From positions 1 to 47,107 of the forward strand of contig JAEENF010000079.1 of assembly GCA_016283605.1 (NCBI GenBank): DNA of 47,107 bases. Reading direction: 5' to 3'. The translations under genes and the position numbers were made by a program. Below are positions 23,601 through 27,124 of the stretch, one piece after another. The stretch's first letter is position 1; every line of letters starts with the position of its first letter. The stretch is from Prevotella sp. (lineage in GTDB: Bacteria > Bacteroidota > Bacteroidia > Bacteroidales > Bacteroidaceae). The notes beneath the pieces are model-generated. The model was not told where the DNA came from. It worked only from the letters and a program-made list of their open reading frames with translations, and did no database searches.

Positions 23601-25327
23601 GGCTTGGCTTCTACGCTGAAATCTATGTCCTCGATGAAGATTATCTGTACATTGTTAGTTTCGAAATCACCCTCAGCCTTCTTGGTTTCCAATACCGCAT
23701 GGCTGGTGATGAGTACCTTCGACTCCGAATTTTCGAGCATGTACTGCAAACGCTCGTTAGGATACTCAAAGTCCATAGGTGTATAGGCAGCACCGGCTTT
23801 ATGGATGGCAAGTACCGACAGTGGAAACTCTTTGAAACGGTCTAACATAACACAAACGAAGTCGTTAGGCTGGACGCCTGACTTGACGAGCTGGTGAGCC
23901 AGTATGTTCGAGCGTCGTGATAGTTCAAAGTAGGTCAGGCTGCTGTTCTTGTCGGCCACGGCTATATTGTTAGGCACCAACTTGGCGCGCTCCTCAAATA
24001 CTTGTGCAAATGTCTTGGTGATGTCTACTTCCAATTGTTTGCCGGCAGAGACTTCCATGATGTCCTCCTTCTCTTTTTCACCGATGATGCTGATGTCACC
24101 AATCAGCTCATCGGCCTGTTGCATCATAGAAAGTGTGGCTGCCTGAATGGCGTTGGCTAGCATCCGAAGACGCTCACGGCTGTTCTGAGCATCGCTGGCG
24201 TCGAGTCGTATCTCGTAGTTTCCTTCCTTAAGATAAATGATACATGCCAAGGGCTCGTCAGACAATCCTTTTGGCAACTGTCGGCTCTGGATGTGCAGAC
24301 CGTCTAGTTCAACGAATTCTTGCATGGACACTCCTTGGAAACCGAACGAGATGTTGGGCGTCATCTTCAGGTCACGACAGAAGTGGTTGAAGGGGTACAC
24401 ACCGTAGCGAATTGTCGACATTAACTCTCTACGGAATCCTTTAATAAAGTCAATGACAGGTTGCTTCGAGTCAACGTCTGCCAGAATGGGCACTGAGTGG
24501 ACGAACATTCCGTAAGCGTTCATCAGTCGCTTGTCCATGCGGCCATGGTTAAGGGCGTGGTAGGCTACCCGCTGTTCGCGTGTCAGTCTCGACACTACAA
24601 GGCTAAAAGCAGCCATAAACAGCAGATTACTGCTTGTACCGTGTTCTTTGCACCAGTCGTCAACCTGTTGCACAGGGATGTAAGCCGACTCGCGGATAGA
24701 ATTACCCCATGCATCGGCATTGCTTTCCGTGAGATTTGCAAAGTCCAAGCCTGCAAATTTCTCTCGGTAGTAGTCGGCTGCACGCTGATACTGTTCGGAG
24801 CCAATCGTAGCCTCTTCGTCTTCGGCATATTGGTACATATCGTAGTTGATCTCCTCGAGCTTATTACCATAGTAGGCGGCTGGGATGTCCTTGATGGTCA
24901 GGTTGGGAGAAAGGGTAAGACCGTCACCTATTGTATGGTGAATCTCTAACAGCATGTAGTTGTACTTTGGAGCATCGATAATCTCCATTCTGCAAAGTGG
25001 TTGGTTGCCCAGCGGATCATAGGGACGTACAAAGCGATTGTCTATATAGTCTTTTGCCTCCTCCTCACTCATTTTGTGAATAAGAATGGGTATTTCCATA
25101 CTATGGTCACAATATTGCCGAGGATTTCCATCCTCATCGAGCATAAAGCGTGTATGCAACTCAGGACGGGCATCGATGATACGTCTTAACATCTGCTCGA
25201 TTCTCTTGACTGTTATCGACTTTGGAAAAGGTGTAAGCGTAGGCAGATTATATTTTGTCATCGACGGCATTTGGAGCCACTCTAAGAATATGCCGAGTTG
25301 TGATTGGAGTAAGGGATAAGTCTTCAT
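7817..25327 (-). CDS. Five-module non-ribosomal peptide synthetase, C-A-T-E-C-A-T-C-A-T-C-A-T-C-A-T-TE (5836 aa)
   Basis: Five YMIYTSGSTGKPKG/YGPTE/YHTGD/QVKLRG(F/Y)RIELGEIE adenylation sets, five HHxxxDG condensation motifs, one epimerase, five carrier Ser motifs and a C-terminal alpha/beta-hydrolase. Confidence 0.97.
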   Translation of the reverse strand: MKTYPLLQSQLGIFLEWLQMPSMTKYNLPTLTPFPKSITVKRIEQMLRRIIDARPELHTRFMLDEDGNPRQYCDHSMEIPILIHKMSEEEAKDYIDNRFVRPYDPLGNQPLCRMEIIDAPKYNYMLLEIHHTIGDGLTLSPNLTIKDIPAAYYGNKLEEINYDMYQYAEDEEATIGSEQYQRAADYYREKFAGLDFANLTESNADAWGNSIRESAYIPVQQVDDWCKEHGTSSNLLFMAAFSLVVSRLTREQRVAYHALNHGRMDKRLMNAYGMFVHSVPILADVDSKQPVIDFIKGFRRELMSTIRYGVYPFNHFCRDLKMTPNISFGFQGVSMQEFVELDGLHIQSRQLPKGLSDEPLACIIYLKEGNYEIRLDASDAQNSRERLRMLANAIQAATLSMMQQADELIGDISIIGEKEKEDIMEVSAGKQLEVDITKTFAQVFEERAKLVPNNIAVADKNSSLTYFELSRRSNILAHQLVKSGVQPNDFVCVMLDRFKEFPLSVLAIHKAGAAYTPMDFEYPNERLQYMLENSESKVLITSHAVLETKKAEGDFETNNVQIIFIEDIDFSVEAKPINLTTPDNLAYMIYTSGSTGKPKGAMLHQAGLWNFINVVIDMEKLTAADRIEGHRSFSFDAHIEDMYAILTLGGSFHIMPTDIRKDLAAIRDFLFEHQITGGGYSTAIAALLLNTYDDLPVRFITAGGEKLDGVYSDHIEIINVYGPTECTDDTSYYSIAPGERVENIPIGKPVANTWNFIVDDSGHLVPRGMMGELCIAGIQVGRGYWRLPERTAQSFVDCPFIKKDRWGRKVRMYHTGDLCRWNEQGDLEYMGRIDFQVKLRGFRIELGEIESKVLQLEGILQAAAEVKKVMGTEHLILYYTLTEGAEVTDDSIRQALEESSLADYMVPDTYMKLDVMPITPNGKINRKQLPLPEIKSDTEYVEPEGATEKAIAEGFASVLGLSIPVGALDSFYALGGDSIKSIRLVSLLRKEGISLQVPQIMKLKTVRAIAAAASDNDLPQVSQEAWSGTLPNSAIVQYFFDLELPKPEHFNQAVMLCAQTSVDEEDLRQSLQALVIHHDMLRAVVANGQLEIRTTDAENLYAMKVYDFRGHADARQKVEQAANELNASINLQEGPIFKTALMHCDRNDYLLLVAHHLVVDGVSWRIIAEDLNTVYQQALHGTPIELAAKTHSYKDYVEGLNHYKDSYILKKETEYWDEVRKQMQTMPMSNGCDYSRTFESLDISLDNAKTHQLLTETSRAFNTEINDLLLTALGRAYQQQSGRDMLSIQLEGHGREPIGEPLFIDRTVGWFTSIFPVVLTQLGGDLSHDLRHVKETLRHIPNKGLGYGQLYGMDILMQPLVCFNYLGEFGNEATKDITFVPTSDLGAGQMVATENTYGPGLTIDAMVNNGTLQVHFKYDTDIWGSDKAQDLANAFVCQLNDIINLTTSCEQAMPTASDLGELEWNDEEFTQIYQEFEARGEHLSRIYPLTPMQEGMVLKAVLEPESVAYRLVFAVEMNMLPSEQQLRSALDSLAERHEVLRTSVIYRGVHEYRQAIVNGRQLGLTMMDISGEDDKDKAIADIRKNLLNSAFDLQSKPLFNMVCLKTSDTSCTLLLVFHHIIEDGWCLPIIQKDFFNMLADEIAGKLSKVESTGTGRYENYVRNIRSKDNTASLAYWSNLLEGYEAQAVIPSFGTVKEEYQTKEDSLITELSLDEQHALNNLCQATQTTPNTVVELAWGLLLQRYNHVNDAVFAKIVSGRDNTNEDVSDVIGIFINTVPVRIKIENDDTVLDALQRVQAQAVETNKHDYLSMSEVQQQSELGTELYQSTVVFENYPSEEAPAQSWPFVVKPVITKEENFDDISLTVFIGEDGRMALQLQFNNQKYSEQLAKDTLHTLHQLVRGIIANADEKIANLMLLDKETEKDVLKLSAGERKKFNLSKTFIESFIENAKATPEAIAVVDSTSHYTYGELDQHSNALAHRLIAEGVKPNTFVCVLMERRKEFVLAVHAIHKVGAAYSPLDVDYPVNRLQYMLENSESKVLLTSRDVLAEKHANGLTIDRNKVKVILLDEIDLNSQTEPVCLTTPDNLAYMIYTSGSTGKPKGVMLHQRGLMNLICTHMETLQLTASDRIASHRSFSFDAHVDDLFPILFAGGELHIMPSDIRKDLGAIQKFLVDHKITGFGGTTSLMMLLINDYELPLRFITAGGEKLSGVKSDKMHIVNLYGPTECTNDSTLFVINPGDEYENIPIGRPLPNTNSYITDQFGNLLPQGIPGELCISGVQVGYGYWHLPEQTEKVFVDNPFGEGTLYHTGDLARYNEDGQIEYLGRIDGQVKLRGFRIELGEIEANAMQHPAVRQAAALVKEVNESRHLVLYYTQEEGKQISHTELAAHLDATSLAKYMMPEIYMPLDAMPLLPNGKINRKALPTPEVESGENVAPATETEKQLYEIAVELLKTDQFGVTTNLISIGMTSLSAMRYSAQLSQKYGLKIPTKDILATPFIRKLAKIQEVAADAQPEVDYSLRSTYPLTENQRGVYVDWDMNREALQYNIPFVVDFTGKDGEQLKKALEAVVEAHPYLKTRLVRENGDVRQQRRDDAPVTVSLTKLDKEPTKDFFRSRLLPFNLFTDDLYRFEIYQAPYTLWLFMDIHHIIYDGASSFVLMQDLRRAYNGEKLEKEEYTAFERALDEEALKGTSTWKEAEAYFDQLLPGIEMAVYPHSDVVTGSGNQELSLTFDGSAISEFCQKYGVTVSNYFLTALMQVLHRTTREESIYITSIDNGRTDVRMMNIMGMFVKTLPVVSNFTTEEAYKKSMAEAVTDMQKQFVETQGRSFYPFTEMVERHGIRPEIMYAYQGSIDDAGMEKEEAIQLDTVKMPLSVSIYPEADGKYTIALEYDGGLYGEADMRQLAQSIANFSVSAASANCLANVSLLSAEEEHHIALQSTGQQQQIDPNETFVSIFMQRAAENPDAPAVVDELGQYTYGQLNALTAAVAKKLVALGVKPYSFVSIMLGYQKEFLVAAIAVEKAGGAYVPLDYDYPNERLLYMLEDSESQVLITSHAIFMEKNADGEFKAKNIFFIDDYIQGITIDKVDTTLNHAIPDGLAYMIYTSGSTGKPKGVMISHKAKANFVQFIAREWRHTSKSRICCHSSFSFDASIEDLYPVLTVGGTLYTVPQDARKDLTLLHDFIINNGITGGCYTTQLGQMLLQLFPDLPVDYLVVGGEKMTVNPDCKCRLINTYGPTEFTVDATFFELEKGKEYKNIPIGRPLYNLSAYVVDPCGHLLPQGMAGELCMAGPQIASGYWKREDLTAEKFANMTIDGQQVKVYHTGDLVRYNADQQIEYMGRIDSQVKLRGFRIELGEIETLIGNYESIQMESVQVREIGGVQHLCAYYTADKEIDKEALRNYLAEQLTDYMVPTAYIQLDEMPLTPNGKVNTKVLPNPSVGVEEFVSPESPTEEKLFKMASETLKHDQFGVTTNLITMGLTSLSAMRFTVAIHIEFGVEITVKDVLQNPVIRDIATIIDGKKGQTETPMADNTSQLSPFTSHLYYYPITENQRGVFFDWEMNRDTTQYNVPEVHVMKGGNAEKLHEALVKVIDAHPYLKTRFVQHEGDIMQIRRDEEPAEILMEALAEKPDTAFFQSRIRPFDLYRDTLYRLEIYTYGGDVYLFIDIHHSIYDGASSLVLLSDIDKAYHDEEVKSESYTAFDFALDELRLTKSEKYTEAENYFKGLLDGLTTAVYPHSKELNGVAEGNEGHLSLTVSGQDITMFCQQEALTPNSYFLTVLMHVLHSVTREDDITITTINNGRADVRMMEIMGMFVKTLPVVSTSADGLQSIATVAKKIQNQVLETQSRDFYPFTKMVELYDLRPEIMFVYQPSGGEENENDAINLTLNQSKLPLTIKVTPNGKDEYDMELEYDNSLYSKKDMERLGAMLKQVSEQALTATKLSEVSLLSPDEEKAMTDFCKGKHLDVDINKTFIQLFTETAQRIPDKLAVADENSQFTYRELSKKSDALAHCLIENGVCPDDFVCVMLERCKEFILCVHAIHKAAAAYAPLDIDYPSDRLQYMIEDCQAKVLLTTHAVFENKCSADNIEIDESHTKIIFIDDLQLDVDCEPICLAKPENLAYMIYTSGSTGKPKGTMLHQAGLMNCVEVVADERSITENDRVGVFYAFSFDAHVVSIYPVLLRGGSLFIMPSSIRKDMEMTVEFIRENKITEVGFPTAIGSLIVLNYPELPLRLISMGGERMDGLYSDKYTIVNAYGPTECTCEVTYFIVEPGHHYDTIPIGRPTANNWGFVTDKYGRLLPVGIAGEFCFAGIQIGRGYWNLPEKTAEVFGDCPFVSEDHWGRKVRMYHTGDMVRYREDGELEFIGRIDNQVKLRGFRIELGEIENRSMLFDGIKQVAVMVKKVNGAEHLCLYYTETKEVDVSLLKQHLSESLAEYMVPDAYMRLDVMPMTPNGKINRKALPLPVIKAEEIVAPENEMEKELLDIAFDLLKNDQFGVTTNLISMGITSLLAMRFSSIAKQKLNLHLPTKDILQHPTVRELAALTGTLQEQQISSYEKRDYYPLTENQRGVYIDWELNRGTTQYNIPFVKEFSDISAEQLRNALVETIEAHAYMKTRLTLRHDDVAQLRRDDATVTVTIEQTDCEPDTQFFQSQIRPFDLFNDDLYRLKVYQTPTTVWLFMDMHHIIFDGGSGLVFLRDLNRALNGETLEKEQFSAFDQALYEQSMTTSVQYMEAEGYFDEMLASAELAIYPRSTKDTTSGNQELQVTIERRDIESWCRQNSFTESNFFMTVLLQVLHRTTREEQLYITTIDNGRSETNLLDCVGMFVKTLPVTSTWEKPLKAENMSAAVKKTQEQFFNTKANSFYPFTKMVERHNIRPEIMYVYQGGLEGGNNQRNGDAITLALDTAKLPITMTVYPTGTDNYALVLEYDGSLYNQKDMSRLASALRTFAMRSIETGDLNAISLLDDEATAEVLVLSKGKDLKVDISKTFANLFTEQACRTPNAPAVVDKESQLTYAVMDSYSNLIAHKLVEIGIKPNDFVCILLDRMKEFPLSVLGIHKAGAAYTPLDFEYPNDRLLYMLENSEAKVMITTHAVLEAKKTEGEFNVGNVTIFYIDDFMNSDDVQGLTKKKVKPIDLSSPDGLAYMIYTSGSTGKPKGAMLHQAGLRNFISVVIDMEKLTADDRISGHRSFSFDAHIEDMYPILTLGGSFHIMSTEIRKDLGAIRDFLFKHKITGGGYSTAITCLLLNTFDDLPIRFITGGGEKMAGVYSDHIEIINVYGPTECTDDTSYYAIAPGQHIEEIPIGKSVANNWNFIIDDAGQLLPQGVAGELCFAGIQVGRGYWRLPERTAQSFVDCPFVSEDQWGRKVRMYHTGDLCRWNEDGELEYISRIDTQVKLRGYRIELGEIEKCAKAFEGMISVVADVKTVNGTQHLCLYYTADRDIDTEALRENMSQTLTDYMVPETFVKMESMPMTPNGKIDRKKLPIPDIKQETEGIPPSTKREQKLFDIVKELLGHEDFGVTDNLMRLGMTSLLVIRMVAKACTEGILIKVDDFMRTKSIRAVLALNQQLMAWHKEPDATKPVAVLVQGETRYNDLIPYMEKLEERYNVLTVEAITTHFEYLFKEDNINEAIEFYYTLLDVKLLEAGINKVELFTGHCFGADLSYRLAVRWQQDYPDQKPNVCMLDSFWVDQNRQLKRPQLDLTLSLLPESMQKEIGVMSNEQDEILDMYSRLNCQGNPAPLLGKVILISAAQKENILADLSKKLRISEEQILSMLQMDSDQLRKAIIPQRELDNVALWKQFRSDLLWQKADGDHMSMLSEACVASYIQFVFDNIQ
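8640..11665 (-). other. NRPS module 5: C - A5 - T5 (approximate bounds)
   Basis: YPLTENQRGV and HHIIFDG. A5 FDAHIED/YGPTECTDD. T5 LGMTSL with Ser codon 8732-8734. Confidence 0.88.
11700..14700 (-). other. NRPS module 4: C - A4 - T4 (approximate bounds)
   Basis: YPITENQRGV and HHSIYDG. A4 FDAHVVS/YGPTECTCE. T4 MGITSL with Ser codon 11804-11806. Confidence 0.88.
14698..14730 (-). repeat. Degenerate 7-nt tandem repeat inside the NRPS T3-C4 linker
   Basis: Minus strand CTCTCAG CTCTCAC CTTTCAC ATCTCAC CTCT, encoding SQLSPFTSHL. Confidence 0.65.
14770..17770 (-). other. NRPS module 3: C - A3 - T3 (approximate bounds)
   Basis: YPLTENQRGV and HHIIYDG. A3 FDASIED/YGPTEFTVD. T3 MGLTSL with Ser codon 14882-14884. 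Confidence 0.88.
17800..20890 (-). other. NRPS module 2: DCL-type C - A2 - T2 (approximate bounds)
   Basis: YPLTPMQEGM and HHIIEDGWC (DCL-like). A2 FDAHVDD/YGPTECTND. T2 IGMTSL with Ser codon 17915-17917. Confidence 0.88.
20950..25327 (-). other. NRPS module 1: starter C - A1 - T1 - E (approximate bounds)
   Basis: HHTIGDG (~24920-24940). A1 FDAHIED/YGPTECTDD. T1 LGGDSI with Ser codon 22394-22396. E motifs HHLVVDGVSW, EGHGRE, RTVGWFT, PNKGLGYG, FNYLG. Confidence 0.9.
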
Positions 25328-25340
25328 CGTTATTAACTTT

Positions 25341-27119
25341 TTAATTATTTTGATTGTTCCAGATTAGATACATCATGTTCTGTCCATACATATATTTATA
25401 GTCGACCTCATCGCAGCGGCCGAATATGATTTTCATACCAATCTTTTTCTTTTCTTCATCGATAGTCAGAGGGTTGAAAGGGCGGCCTTCGTACTTCATG
25501 GAAACAGTAAACGAATCCTTGTTTTGCACGAAACGCACATCGGAATAATGGCCGTTACCCTCAATACCTGAATGTTGGATGGTATTCAGGAGGGCTTCTT
25601 CCACGCTATTGCTGATCCTGATCTGCTGATCCTTGCCTAAATCGAACTGTGATAAAACATCTGGCATGCTCTCCATGAACTGTATGAAAGACGACTTTTC
25701 GTTCCGAAGCGAAGTCTCGTACAGTCGGTCGCTGTTGGTAAGCGGCAGTAGTGTCAGGTGGGTCATCAGCGTGGAACGCTCTTTAAAGCGGATTACCTCC
25801 GATATCAGGAAGGTGCCCACAAACGCGAGTCCTCCGCTCACCGGGAATGCATACCACAGCAAAGGAGTGTGAGCAGTGGCGTCTGGTGACGGATCCCAAG
25901 TGCTAAACAACTTCATCATCGTCAGCAGAAATACCGGAATCAACAATATCAGAATGGGCGATAGGACAATCTTGCCTATCATCTGGTAGTGGTTAGCCAT
26001 CGTAATCACCAGACAGAAGGGCGCCAGACAAACGATGAACACCCGTATGCCTGAATTTGCGAGCTGCTCCAACTCAGGCGTGTTGGCTCCAAACAGACGT
26101 GTCACCACGCCAGGCGCCACCTCCACAAACAAGGTAAATGTCAGGGTGACGGCCAGAATCGACAGCAGACATCTATTCACCAGAAATCTCACGCCCACAT
26201 AGTCGCGCTGTCCGAACAGGAATCCGCCCAGCGCTGTGATGGTGCCTCCAAAGCCATTACCCAGCATCAACCCGATCATAAAGATATTCATACATACCGA
26301 CATGACAAACATGCCGTTGTGTCCCAGGTTGCTCTGAACCATATTATTCATGGCATAGAACATGAAGGTGAGTACGACATTGCTGATGAGCATCGGGATA
26401 CCTTGTAACAGGTTAGGTCCAAGATACCTGACGAGGCCTGACGGTGCCAGTTGGAAATGGATGCCCGAGTGTTTACCAAACAAATGACTACACAGGTATG
26501 AGATGCCGCAGACGTAGGCAATTATGGTGGCAATGGCCGAACCCACGATGCCCAAGAAGTAAACCAGCACAAAATCGAACAAGATGTTTGTTACGCCGAT
26601 GATGGCCATTGACTTCGTCACCTTCTTGGGGAATCCGTCGATTTCAACACACTCGTTGAAAAACGTGTTGAGCATCATGGCCACCGCACAACCCGTCATC
26701 ACACTCAGATAGGGTACCAGCAGCGGATATAAATGCTCGTCCTGTGTGAGCAGCAAGGCTATCTTATCGCCGAAAACGAAGCCTGCAACGGCAAAACATG
26801 CCCCAACTGCCAGGATCGACAGCAGGGCCGTTGAGAGAATGCCATTCACGACATCCTTGTCACGCCTGCCAATGGCCTTTGTCGCGATGATGCAGGCACC
26901 GATTCCCAGCAAGGTGGTAAAAGCCGTGATGACAAGATTCATAGGAAGGAACAACGTGATGGCCGACAGGGCATCGGGCGACACCATATGGCTTACGATA
27001 ATACCATCAATCGTTGTTACCAACTGGCCAATGGCCATCGTTAACACCGAAGCTATCAGGAAATACTTCAGCGCTTGGTTGATGAGATATGGCTTTCTCG
27101 TCTCTTTCATTTGTCCCAC
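25341..27119 (-). CDS. MATE-family efflux transporter fused to a C-terminal RsbW-like HATPase_c domain
   Basis: About 12 hydrophobic segments with MATE motifs (IDGIIVSH…ALSAI; NILFDFVLV…GIVGSAIAT). Soluble tail with EEALLNTIQHS, KYEGRPFNP, IGMKII…DEVDYKY…GQN. Confidence 0.85.
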   Translation of the reverse strand: MGQMKETRKPYLINQALKYFLIASVLTMAIGQLVTTIDGIIVSHMVSPDALSAITLFLPMNLVITAFTTLLGIGACIIATKAIGRRDKDVVNGILSTALLSILAVGACFAVAGFVFGDKIALLLTQDEHLYPLLVPYLSVMTGCAVAMMLNTFFNECVEIDGFPKKVTKSMAIIGVTNILFDFVLVYFLGIVGSAIATIIAYVCGISYLCSHLFGKHSGIHFQLAPSGLVRYLGPNLLQGIPMLISNVVLTFMFYAMNNMVQSNLGHNGMFVMSVCMNIFMIGLMLGNGFGGTITALGGFLFGQRDYVGVRFLVNRCLLSILAVTLTFTLFVEVAPGVVTRLFGANTPELEQLANSGIRVFIVCLAPFCLVITMANHYQMIGKIVLSPILILLIPVFLLTMMKLFSTWDPSPDATAHTPLLWYAFPVSGGLAFVGTFLISEVIRFKERSTLMTHLTLLPLTNSDRLYETSLRNEKSSFIQFMESMPDVLSQFDLGKDQQIRISNSVEEALLNTIQHSGIEGNGHYSDVRFVQNKDSFTVSMKYEGRPFNPLTIDEEKKKIGMKIIFGRCDEVDYKYMYGQNMMYLIWNNQNN

Positions 27120-27124
27120 TATTA

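Noticed and set aside
20950-25327. Colibactin/xenocoumacin-type N-acyl-D-Asn prodrug module (C-A-T-E start)
   Set aside because: The A1 code is not the Asn-type DLTK.GEV, and there is no ClbP/XcnG-like peptidase or PKS in the cluster.
7817-25327. Siderophore NRPS
   Set aside because: No aryl-acid, Cy domain, N-hydroxylase, acyl/formyltransferase or linked receptor. The TonB receptor is about 19 kb away among unrelated genes.
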